A stretch of 64,000 nt of DNA, from contig CM022678.1 of assembly GCA_012295275.1 (NCBI GenBank), positions 5,146,001 to 5,210,000 on the forward strand. Reading direction: 5' to 3'. Shown piece after piece: positions 1-11,116 of this stretch. Within the stretch, counting starts at the first letter, position 1, and each line of letters opens with the position of its first letter. Position numbers and translations under genes: made by a program. The DNA is from Chrysomallon squamiferum (Eukaryota; Animalia; Mollusca). Under the pieces are notes generated by a model, which was not told the DNA's origin, did not search any database, and saw only the letters and a program-made list of their open reading frames with translations.

Positions 1-133
1 AAATACAGTAATCCCAAAACTATGTACAGGAAAACTTAAAAGACATTTTATTAACTAGAGACCTTGCAGTTGGATATCACAGATTTCACTAATTAACGTG
101 ATTGATCAATTAAGGGTTAGGTATGTATAGACA

Positions 134-170
<37 letters not shown>

Positions 171-316
171 CCACACACACACACATACATACACATTTGT
201 ATATGAAATTGATAATAACGCTGAAATATACACATTTTAATTTGTTCTTTTTTTTTATTGATTTCTGAAGAGAAATAATTGTTTTCAACGCTAAAATCTG
301 TTGACCGAAGCCCACC

Positions 317-451
317 TGTTGCGATTACAAGATCTGATTTAACAGAAAAACAAATTATTAGCTGATTTGCATATTTCTATCAATTTAATACAGTCATTTT
401 TTTTTTTCGTCGCTTTTGAAGAGAATCGATGAAAGAGTGAGCTAATCAAGG
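317..451 (+). promoter_or_regulatory. Promoter box and non-coding exon 1 of paralog A1 (donor G|GTAAGT at 451/452)
   Basis: TGTTGCGATTACAAGATCTGATTTAAC is a variant of the box found upstream of the other paralogs. It is followed by a TATA-position TATCAATTT, then GAAGAGAATCG...AAGG|GTAAGTC, homologous to 8733-8860. Confidence 0.65.
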
Positions 452-949
452 GTAAGTCCAATTCATATATCATCAACATTGCTCAGAACGGAACATATTT
501 ATTGGACATTTTTTTTTTTTTTTTTATTAGCATTTATTTGTTTTTACTTTTATTTATTTAGTTTTGTTGTCAACGATTGCCTTCTGATATACATAGAGAA
601 GTAGTAAGACAGATAAATAACATTTTGCATTGCCTTTCATTTATTTTACTTAATTACTTTAATGTTATTTGAATACTTAGGTGACAAAGAGATGCAGTTA
701 ACATTTTTAGTTATTAAAATTGTTGATATAACCATGTCATGGCGCTTTACTATAGGCTAAAATGCCTGTATTTTATTACAAATATATCCAAGAAACACGA
801 TTTTGATTATTGTCTAAATGTCCGTGATACTGTACTAAAATTATAACAACTTTGCAAGACCGCAAACAAATAGCTGAAGATAAACCTTTTTTAAAAAGGT
901 GTGTAATAAAAATAAGAATAAAATAAAAATTTAATTTTCAATAACAGAG

Positions 950-2068
950 TTTACTGTTACGAGTGCTCCTACTTACGAGTTTTTCCCGTTATGACTAGTT
1001 GCCCGGTCGATTTGTTTCCTTTCAGTTGCGAGCCAAAATCCGAGTTACGAGCGGACTATACATGTATACTTAGTATTTAGAGGCTGAGGACGTGGGAGTT
1101 GTCGTTAAATTAAATAATGTAATTCTTAATTTATTTTAATTTTCCATAACAAGTTTTCTTAGAAATAAATATAAACTCAAAGACTGCACGGAACATATAC
1201 AGGTTACATCGAATTGATCAAAAATCAAACACAGCACACAGAAACAGGATAACCAGTTGTCCCTGCTTCCGGCTAAAACAAAGATATCGCAAAATATAAT
1301 TACCAACATAATTGCCTAATAATGGCCGCCAACTCCTCACACCTACCCAAGCCTTGTCTTTGCTCTGTGTGGTCTACGTGTCTCTCTCTGTGTTACTTTG
1401 TCTTTTATTTAAACATAAACGTCGCGGACTTCCCTGAAGTCAGCAGAGCGTAGCTGATAAAAATTCCTTTTGTCTCTACCTAATGATCTTTAATTGTAAG
1501 ATGATTTCTGTAATTGGATTAATGTTAACTAACAGTAGATATTTAATAAATGCATATTGTTAGAAATATTTGTAGAAATGAATCGTTGACATATTTACTT
1601 ACTTTAAGGGTATATATATATATATATAGGTTAATTTCGAGATGTTAAACTATTTTAAAGTAAACCATTTAGGTAAAAATTAAATATGGTTCCGACATTT
1701 TCAAAAACTGTACCTTGAAAGTACAACAATATAAAATATTATAATAAGTAAAAAAGATAGCTATCATCTAATTCTATAAGTAGGTATAAACTAAATTGGA
1801 ACCCGTGACTTAGTAAATAAGTTAGGACCAATTGCTATATTAAATATCGCTGAGAAAACTTTTCACAGCTTGAACGAGACCCTATTAGGGTATGGCTAAG
1901 GGCCCTGCTATGAAAGATAAAAAGGGTTTACCGTCATAATGGTTACTCAGTACGAGCGTAGTACTTTTACGTTATGTACCATACTGAAGCAGAAGGAGTC
2001 GATATAGGCTTTAACTCCAGCTAAAGGCGTTAACATAACTTATAAGCTGCGGACATTTCTCCATGATA
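950..2068 (+). mobile_element. Degenerate, interrupted Tigger/pogo-like transposon relic in A1 intron 1
   Basis: 950-1055 aligns by eye to the left end of the element at 9466. 1945-2068 aligns to its transposase-coding part (cgtagtacttt...tgtaccatact.aagcagaagg..tcgatataggct). The upstream flank matches that of the A2 copy. Confidence 0.65.
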
Positions 2069-2100
2069 TATATATATGTATGCAATGAATAAATAAGTAA

Positions 2101-2110
2101 AGTAGTAGTT

Positions 2111-2175
<65 letters not shown>
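2101..2175. repeat. (TAG)n microsatellite
   Basis: Directly visible. Confidence 0.95.
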
Positions 2176-2176
<1 letters not shown>

Positions 2177-2627
2177 ATAATATGAGTAGTATTATTGAAA
2201 CATCGATCGAAATACCATGGCCATTATTTTCTGTATGTCCATGCTAGTGTACTAAAATTATAACAACTTCGCCAGACGGCAAATAGAAATTAGATAGTTA
2301 AAAATAAAACATGCGAACTTTTCTTTCTATGAGTAATGCCAAACCGCACGCAGTGAATAAATAAATAAAGTAATGTAAAAAACATATATAACATACGGCA
2401 GTGTTTTTCTCATCCATGGTATACTATCTTTCTATAATATATTATTTTAATTTCTATTATATTTGAATGCTCATATTCTTTTTTTCACTCTTTTACACTA
2501 TAATAACAATAACAACAACAACAACAAAACAACAACAACAGTACTTCTACTACTACTACTACTACTAATACTACTAATAATAATAATAATAATAATAATA
2601 ATATTCTCATTTTAGACTGAGTTCATC

Positions 2628-4600
2628 ATGAAGCGTGTTTCAAATGTACAAACGTTAGCGAAATTTCTCCTACTTATATTCGCATCCAGGGCAGCAATTG
2701 CAGAAGATTGTGGTAAGAATATCATGATTTCTTTTCTCTCTTTCTCATTGGAATTTTTAATATATTTTTATATTCTATATTGTTTAGCTGTGATGGATAT
2801 AAAATTAGGTTAGAGATTTGTCTCTTGTTTCAATCCTACGGTGATGCCGGGGAAAAAACGAATGGTATAAATTAATAAAAGACTTCTAATAAAAAACTGT
2901 ATTACGTGATTTGTGGGCTCAAGCTTCGATTTGTTTGAAGATGTTTTGCCATACATCACACTGCGTCCATTTTACTATGTTACTTTATGAAATTTTACTT
3001 AGCAGATTTCTGCGACAGTCGATGGCGTAAGGTTTTTGAGATCGACGATCAAGGAAATCACGTTTCTGGCAGCTATGACGAGCTTTTGGCTGCTGCTAAA
3101 CAAGCAGAACCTATAAAATATCTAATTCCATCATTAGGAGTAGAAGGCTACGCTGGTAACTGTGACCTAACTTTTACCCACCCAATGTTCGTCTATTTTT
3201 TGTCGATGTCATACGTAAGTAAGTCTAGCTGGAAAACGTTTGAAGAAGAACCGTATCACCGCCTGTTAGGCTTAACCACATCAGGATACATAATGGAAAC
3301 AAGGTACCTCGTGAACAACTTCATGGAAATAAAACACACCAATTATAAAGCAGGAATCCAGTGGTTTGTTAAGAGTTCATCCTGTATTTCGCTGCTTCTT
3401 GAACACTCTGGGAACGGGACAATAACTAATGGTTCATTAGGTTCGCTTATCTCATCAGTCGTATCTGGACACGAGGTCACAGTAACGTGGTTGGATATGT
3501 TCACGGAACCATGTCGAAATATAAAAGTTGACGAAGATGGGATCGTGGTCGGACAGTTTATCTGGGACGTAATGTTTAAACAAAGTCCAGACTGGAGTTT
3601 TATGAACGTATACACAAGCGGAAAATTTGTGAACAACAAATTTTTTCCCGGTGAGACGTATGTTACTCGATCCAAGATAATGATGGCAGGTAGATGGTAC
3701 GCCGACTCCTGTTGGGAATACGTGTTTACGAATAATGAAAATGGTGATGGAGTAGATGGATCACTTTCTAACCTAATTTGTGCCGCTAACCGTGGACACA
3801 GGGTGAAGGTTGTTATGGGAAACTTCTCGATTGAGGCGGACAACGTGAGGACAAAATCGGGACAGATATCTGCTCAGCTTTTGAATCGTCTCTATGCTGA
3901 AAACGTCGATGGCAAATTGAGAGGGTTCTGGTACTGGCAGATGGCGCATACGACGGGAACAGTGGCGACACTTAAATACCGTTTATTTAACGGTACTTCT
4001 GTTGGTGAAGAAACGGAAAAGAAAACAATCAAATGGTTTGTTGATTCAAAACCGTGGAAAAATGTTTTGACAACTAACGAAGACGGCGATGTCGTGTTTG
4101 GATCGAAATCCGAGTTGAGAACCGCTGTTGAAAATGGTGCTGATGTACGCGTAGCTCTTCATGTTGTTCAGACTAAACCAGCTTCAAACACTCCGAGGAA
4201 AAGAGAGGTTGCGTGTTGGGAAATGGGTGGACAAGGTGGATGTCTTTGGCATAGGAACGGCGGACCATGTGGAAGAAACGGCAGACCAGGTGGGGGACAC
4301 CGGAAACCAGCTGGAGGACATGGCGAATCAGTTGAATGTAAGGAACAGGAGTGGACGGTCTTTAAGACCAGCAACCTGGAGTTAGGTCCTTCTGGAGAGG
4401 TTTCTGCCGAGTTACTTCAGAGTGTCAGTACTAAAGAAGTGGGATCAAAGGAATTCAAGATAATGCAACAGGCCTCCTGGAAATACATGGTCGTCTCTAC
4501 AGAAGGTGATGTCGATATTTTTCAGAGTGGTATAGGTGTACATAAGAAAGAGAGTCACTTTTCTGTTAAACATGCCATCAAATGGTTTGTCAACTACTAA
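2628..4600 (+). CDS. Paralog A1: intact predicted secreted four-repeat protein, ~559 aa; coding exons 2628-2712 and 3006-4600
   Basis: Acceptor TTTTAG|ACTGAG at 2615/2616. Signal-like peptide MKRVSNVQTLAKFLLLIFASRAAIAEDC, then phase-1 donor G|GTAAG at 2712/2713. Acceptor TAGCAG|AT at 3005/3006 is in frame with the 537-aa ORF. AATAAA at 4685-4690. Confidence 0.9.
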
Positions 4601-4818
4601 CTTTTGAGAAAACACACACACGCACACAGACACACGTACACACAAACACACGTTGGTACATGTATACATATATTTACCTGCAGCAATAAAGCAAACTGAA
4701 GTATTTTTTTTTTGTTTTTCTTCTTCTTCTTCTTATAATTATTATTAGTATTATTACTAGTATTATTATTATTAGTGTTATTATTATTATATTATTATTA
4801 TTATTGTTATTATTATTA

Positions 4819-4858
<40 letters not shown>

Positions 4859-5852
4859 GTCACATGTTACATATTCTGGCTTTTGAATAGCTCTGTGCGT
4901 TTCAGTGTTATTGCTGAAAGTAATGTATATGCAGTTTCCTGACTCAGACAATGAAAGCTTACTCTTGTAGATATACCTTTTTTTTTGTTTACTTCCAAAT
5001 TTGAGCAAATAACTTTCAATAATATAAAAAATATAGAGCCAGTTTTCGGCGCAAAAAAAAGGCATACTAAACTAAGTAATTCAAAAGTCTTTACAGTCCG
5101 TCTAACAACTTTTGTTATATTATTGTTAATCGCTCCGTAGAAAAATATCAAACTTTCGAACTATACGCTATTACTTAAATATTAAATAAAATGTACAGTT
5201 TGTCTTTCAGTCGTGCATTTTTCTTTTAAATTTTATGAGAAATCAGATAAATATGACGGAAATATTGAAACTTTATCTACTTTATTTATTTATTCATTCA
5301 CTTATTCATTTTATTTATTTTCTTTTATTTTCTTTCGTTTTATTTTATTTTATTTTATTTTATTTCTATTTGTTCCGCTGCAGAGAATTATCTTTTATAA
5401 AGCAATAACCGATCATTTCGTATTCTGATATTAACATCAAAACTACATTTCTGTGACATAGTTGATTACCCTTCAGCGAGAACATACCAGTGACATAATA
5501 CGAATAGTTCCCATCTTTTTAGAATAATGTCATCAAATTATAAAACTTAATACTGCTTTAAAAAACAGATACAAATCTATAAATACGAAGGTTCATCTTT
5601 AATGACGTCATTTCATACAGGAAATTGTTTGTATTATACTTGTTGTTGTTTTTTATTTGATATTCACGTGACCGGTCCGGGAGAAATTCCTTCCTCATTT
5701 CTCATCCTGTGACCTATTTCTCATCTTTTGCTAAAATAAAATACAACGAGGTTCGTCTTTAGTGACGTCATTTCGTACAGGTAATTATTAGCATTAAACG
5801 TTTTTTTTTTTTTTTTTTTTACTGCGGGTCTTTTTTGTTCTTAACTTCACAC

Positions 5853-6480
5853 ATGGCTATAATATCAAAGTCAAATAGCTACGCGTGGCTGTTCACAGGA
5901 TCAGTACTTGTCAACGGTCCCGTAGAACAGTTTCTCTGCCAGGCAGCAGGAAAGAACCTACTGATGGCTGAAACCTGTGACTTCCATTTCATCCCTTCAT
6001 TTAATACAAATTAAAATAATGATATTGCGTGTCCTGTGAGGCAATTTTTGCACATAAAATAAATACACACACCCATATGCATGTCCCTTTATATTCTGCA
6101 CTAAATTTGTATCTGTGGAACATGGCTTTGAGAACGCAGAATAATAAGATGATACTTGAACCGCATTTATTGTATTGGAATCTGTCCAGTTCACTGTGTC
6201 AAAGTACACATCTAGAACGATCTCCATGGCAGTATTAGTCAAAGGTGCATATATATATGCAAGATTTAAGGAATCCTGTTTAACCTTTCCACACTGCTCA
6301 TCAGTGTTTTGTCTGCATCCTAATTATTATCTTCAGCTTCGACTTCCAGCCCGACTGGTAACGTTTGTCTTTCATATGAGCGTTAAAATAGTATTTTGTT
6401 TTCCTCGATTTTTATGTACACCGCTTCGTTTCCTTCTGTTGCAAAACGCTAATATCCGTGAACTTTAAGATTCATTCTCA
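5853..6480. repeat. A-type 3' flank; inverted copy at ~25147-25771
   Basis: Reverse-complement match by eye. The same spurious ORFs appear at 6029+ and 25593-. Confidence 0.85.
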
Positions 6481-6488
6481 GTGCCTGT

Positions 6489-6501
6489 ATGTGTGTGTGT
6501 A

Positions 6502-6578
<77 letters not shown>
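6489..6578. repeat. (GT)n microsatellite
   Basis: Directly visible. Confidence 0.95.
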
Positions 6579-6581
<3 letters not shown>

Positions 6582-7645
6582 TTTGTATCTATGTATTTGT
6601 TTATTACACATTTGTCTATGACAATGAGTAAGGAAAAAATATCTAAAAAAAAAATTAAAATTAAAAAATCAAAAAAATGACGAGACAGGGAGAAAGAGAT
6701 GGCCGTTGTGTATTAGCACTTTCTAGAAGATAATATTAGTAGTTATTGAACATATTCTTGTTAATCTGCAAACAGGAGGATGATGTAATGAATCATTTTA
6801 TAGATATTAACTGATTTAGAAAAAGAAAAAAAGAAACAAAGAAATCAAAGAAGGAAAATGAAAGAATAAAATCTATACAAATGTAAGAACTCTGAAGGAG
6901 GCCAGGCGGTCTCATACGTTTTGTACTTACAATAGAAATATATTAAAATCCAATTTTTTGATATATTTAACTTTACACTTTAATTATTTTTTTATCATTA
7001 AATTAAATGTATCTGTTGTTCACAGTTACTAACGAAATGTTTGTTTCTCTGACAATTCGTGCCAAATCTCTGTGCTCCATGAAAACCAATTTGACAAACC
7101 CTGACAGAGAGAAACGTTGAAATAAATACCATTTTCACTGATTTTGCGGACTCCTCTGTTTATAGTATGCTGATTTATTTTATTTTAGTAAATCAAGTCG
7201 ATTAAAAAAAATCAATCAAGAAATAAAATTTAAAAACATCTTAGACACGATAAATAGCACTTATTTTCTTTTACCAAATCACTGTATTCTGTAATCGTAT
7301 TTAACTCTATTTTATTTGGTACTAGTTAATCAAGCGGATTAGTTGAAAATAAATTAAACTTAGTGAAAACTTACACAGGGAAATATGAAAAAACCATAAT
7401 ATGTATAATATGATCTGTCACCAGATATCTTAAATAATGATCGTACGAACTTCCACAGCACTGACGTCTCCATTCAGAAAGGTTGTCAACTCAGTTACAT
7501 CTCTATACTGATTGCTTTAAAATGGTAAAAAAAAAAAAGTTGATGTTTAATATGTATATGAGTTTATTTACATTATATTTTTGTTCCTTTTTCTTTCTGT
7601 TTTTCTTCCCTTATTTTATTTTATTTTATTTATTTATCGTTATTG

Positions 7646-7647
<2 letters not shown>

Positions 7648-7717
<70 letters not shown>
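7648..7717. repeat. (TAT)n microsatellite
   Basis: Directly visible. It produces the spurious poly-Y/poly-L ORFs. Confidence 0.95.
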
Positions 7718-8179
7718 TGATTTTTTATTTGTTGTTATCATCATTATTATGAGTATTATTATTATAAGTAGTAGTAGTATTACTTTTTTTTTTACTTCTT
7801 TCTTTTTTTTAAATTATCTTCGTAGAATAACGTCAACAAATGTAATTAGTCTAATAATGAAAAAATAGATTGCTCAGTATTTAATTAGGTGTCCTCCCAA
7901 GCATGTCGTTCCGAATGTTTAACTTACATGCAAACGTGACCAGAATCACAAATATAAATATAGATGAAAAGGATAATTAAACAAAAATCTGTCGCAACTA
8001 ACATACGCTCATCACTTTGATTTAGGAATAATCGATATTCCATTATCCAGGGCATCCATCTTTGTTCATTTTATATCATTTGATATCGTTTGTTATTGAT
8101 ATCTTACTTTGTGAATAGAGAATAATTTTTGTGATTTTCCCTTTATTATTATAATGTTATAGAAACACCCTCCTAATAA

Positions 8180-8191
8180 TATCTATCTATG

Positions 8192-8280
<89 letters not shown>
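8180..8280. repeat. (TATC)n microsatellite
   Basis: Directly visible. Confidence 0.95.
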
Positions 8281-8732
8281 GTCAGACGCGGAGATTGCAG
8301 AGGCAAGCACTATCGAAATCAGATCAGAACAGTGTTTAAATAAATAAATAAATGAAAAAATATATTAAAGGAGCTGGCTGAAAAAGCGCGAATAAATACA
8401 GTAATCCTAAAAGAGCAGGTTCAAAAACAAAACCAAAAAAAAAGAAAAAAAGAGAAAGAAATTGTCGTCATAAAATAAATTTCAACACGATCGAAGGGAA
8501 AACAGAAAAGATAATTTTTTTAACTACAAATTATTTTTTAACTAAATATATATTTCAATAATTTCGCTGATTGATCACCTATGTTCGTTATTTTCACACT
8601 TTATTGGCAGGAAAGATTCATAATAAATTTGTGATTTACAATGTTTTTTTTTTTTTTTTTTTTTTTTTTTTCTGATTTGTGAAGCGAAAACATATTTTTT
8701 TTCAAAACCAAGTTAATTTAACTTAAGCCCAC

Positions 8733-8860
8733 ATGTTGCGACTACAAGCTGTGATTTAACACGAAAACAAATGATCAGTTGATTTGAATACTTCTATAAA
8801 TTTAAGACAGTTAGAGAATTAGTCACTGACAGAATCGCTGACAGAGTGAGCTAGTCAAAG
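8733..8860 (+). promoter_or_regulatory. Promoter box, TATA and non-coding exon 1 of paralog A2 (donor AAG|GTAAGT at 8860/8861)
   Basis: ATGTTGCGACTACAAGCTGTGATTTAAC, TATAAATT at ~8796, and a consensus donor. Homologous to the other paralog promoters. Confidence 0.75.
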
Positions 8861-9025
8861 GTAAGTCTAATTAATATCCCATCACCATTGTTCTGAACTT
8901 TTCTTTTTTTTAATATCTTTACTCTTTTTTCTACTTTCTTTTTTTTTTTTCTTCTTATATTTTTATTTCTATTTATTTTAATTTTTTTTATAAACGATTT
9001 TGTGTTGCTGTTTTCTTCTTTTTTA

Positions 9026-9062
<37 letters not shown>

Positions 9063-9465
9063 CAACCATTTCGTCCCCATTATGGATAGAGAAATATTAA
9101 GACAGATTAATAACTTTTTCCATGACCTTTATTTTATTTTTCTTAATAACTTTATTGCTATTTGAATACCAAGTTGGCCAAAAGATGCAGTTAGCAGTTT
9201 TAGTTATTAAAACTGTTGATGTCCATTTTCAGATCGGTAAAATGGCTATAATTTATCAGAAATATAACCAAGAAACATGATTTTTATTATGTTCTATATT
9301 ATGTTAATGTACTAAAATTATAAAAAAATTCACAAGACTGCAAGAAAAAAATATAGCTGAAGAAAAACTTAAAAAAAAAAAAAGTAGGTAATAAAAAATA
9401 AGAATAAAATAAGAATAAAATAAGAATTTAATTTTCAATAATGAACACCAAAGTATGCAGATATA

Positions 9466-10233
9466 TTGTGGTACCTCGAGTTACGAGTACTCCAACTTAG
9501 GAGTTTTTCAAGTTACGAGCAGCCGCCTGGTCGATTTTTCGCTTTGAGTTGCGAGCCAAAATCCGAGTAACGAGTGGGCTTCAGCTCCGCGGCCGCTTGT
9601 TGGCGCAACGAACAACTCAGCATCCGCCCAGCATCCCGCATCTTATGCCTTTGTTTCATGTGGTTACCTCGCAATGGAAGAATCTCTGTTGTTTTGTGCT
9701 CGCGTTTTCTGCTGTATGTTGGCGAATTTCCATGGATCCTAGAAAGTGAGTGCAAAGGACAGTGCTGAGAAGAAGAAGCGGATGATGTCCATTGAATTAA
9801 AGCGTGAAATCATAGAAAAAATGAGCGAGGTGTGCGTGTACTCAACACGGTTAGGCAGTGCGTGCGTAGTACTTTCACGACATGTACCATACTCAAGCAG
9901 AAGGGCTCGATATAGGCTATAACTGCAGCCAAAGACGTTAAAATAATGTCGAAGATACGGACCTCTATCCATAAACAGATGGAGAAATGTTTAACCCTGT
10001 ACGCTTTACAAAACCAGTTTATTTCTTTACATTCTCTTTTATTTTGTTTGTACAATATTTGTCATTTATACATACGCTTTCTTATTTATAAAACACGTTA
10101 GAAAAAAATTAGGGTTCTTTTTTAGGGGGGCGAACAGATTAATAGTATTTCAATTGATTTTATTTAGGAAAATTGATTTGATATAGGAGCACGGTCACGA
10201 AAAATACTAAGTTCGTAAATCTAGGTACCACAG
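9466..10233 (+). mobile_element. Internally deleted Tigger/pogo-family (Tc1-mariner superfamily) DNA transposon
   Basis: Terminal inverted repeats TTGTGGTACCTCGAGTTACGA and TTCGTAAATCTAGGTACCACAG, flanked by TA. 9732-9990 encodes a frameshifted CENP-B-type HTH N-terminus (SAKDSAEKKKRMMSIELKREIIEK..RGVRV...STFTTCTILKQK...SKIRTSIHKQMEK) typical of Tigger transposases. Confidence 0.85.
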
Positions 10234-10258
10234 TATTTACCATGTACGTGTATTTTTT

Positions 10259-10340
<82 letters not shown>

Positions 10341-10778
10341 TGACCAAATACATACATTCATACAGAAAGACAGACAGACAAGCAGACAGAAAGAGATAGA
10401 TAAATAGAAAGATACAGATCGTAAAAAATATGTTTGTCTGTGCTTGCGTGTCCGTGGTTCAATTTACTGAAACTGAAACTGTTCACTGAAATTATAGTGA
10501 CATCATCCGTTAACATATAAAACTATGTGATTTCCTCAATTAATCAGGAAACGTTATTAAGTAAAGTTAAAAGCACAAAAATGCTGTATTTAAATTTAAC
10601 ACTTTAGAACCTACAGCTATTACCATTAATATTATTTATGGCTTCTATAACAAATAAAATAAAATAAAATAAAATAAAATAATATTATATTCGTGCGTGC
10701 ACATTACTTTTATATATTATATTATTTCAATTTATATTATATTTCAATTTTATATTCTTGTTTCCCCTCATTTATTTC

Positions 10779-10828
<50 letters not shown>

Positions 10829-10976
10829 CTATTTTAGACTGAGTTCACTATTAATTGTATTTCAATTGATTTGATTCAGGAAACTTGATTTGATATAGGA
10901 GCACAGTCACAGAACGAATTAAATTCGTAAATCTAGGTACCACAGTATTTACCATGTACGTGATATTTTATTGTTT

Positions 10977-11013
<37 letters not shown>

Positions 11014-11116
11014 AGAATGACCAAATACATACATTCATTTGCTTCTTAATAATAATAATAATATTAATAAAAATAATAATAAAAATAATGATAATCTGTT
11101 TTAGGCTGAGTTCACT

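Noticed and set aside
2987-3005. ORF-track start codons for the long ORFs (2987, 15382, 27764, 32863, 44863, 62668)
   Set aside because: They are intronic or internal. Conserved acceptors and upstream signal exons define the real starts.
3343-3843. Antisense and alternative-frame ORFs overlapping the family CDSs
   Set aside because: They are shadows of the coding strand and are not consistently conserved across subfamilies.
2628-4600. Assigning a gene symbol or known toxin/lectin name to the family
   Set aside because: No motif I can confidently match to a named family. Function remains inference.
7483-7868. Poly-Y/L/I ORFs (also at 4787, 25911, 28313 and 40005) and CV/YI/LSIY-repeat ORFs
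   Set aside because: They are translations of (TAT)n, (GT)n, (TA)n and (TATC)n tracts.
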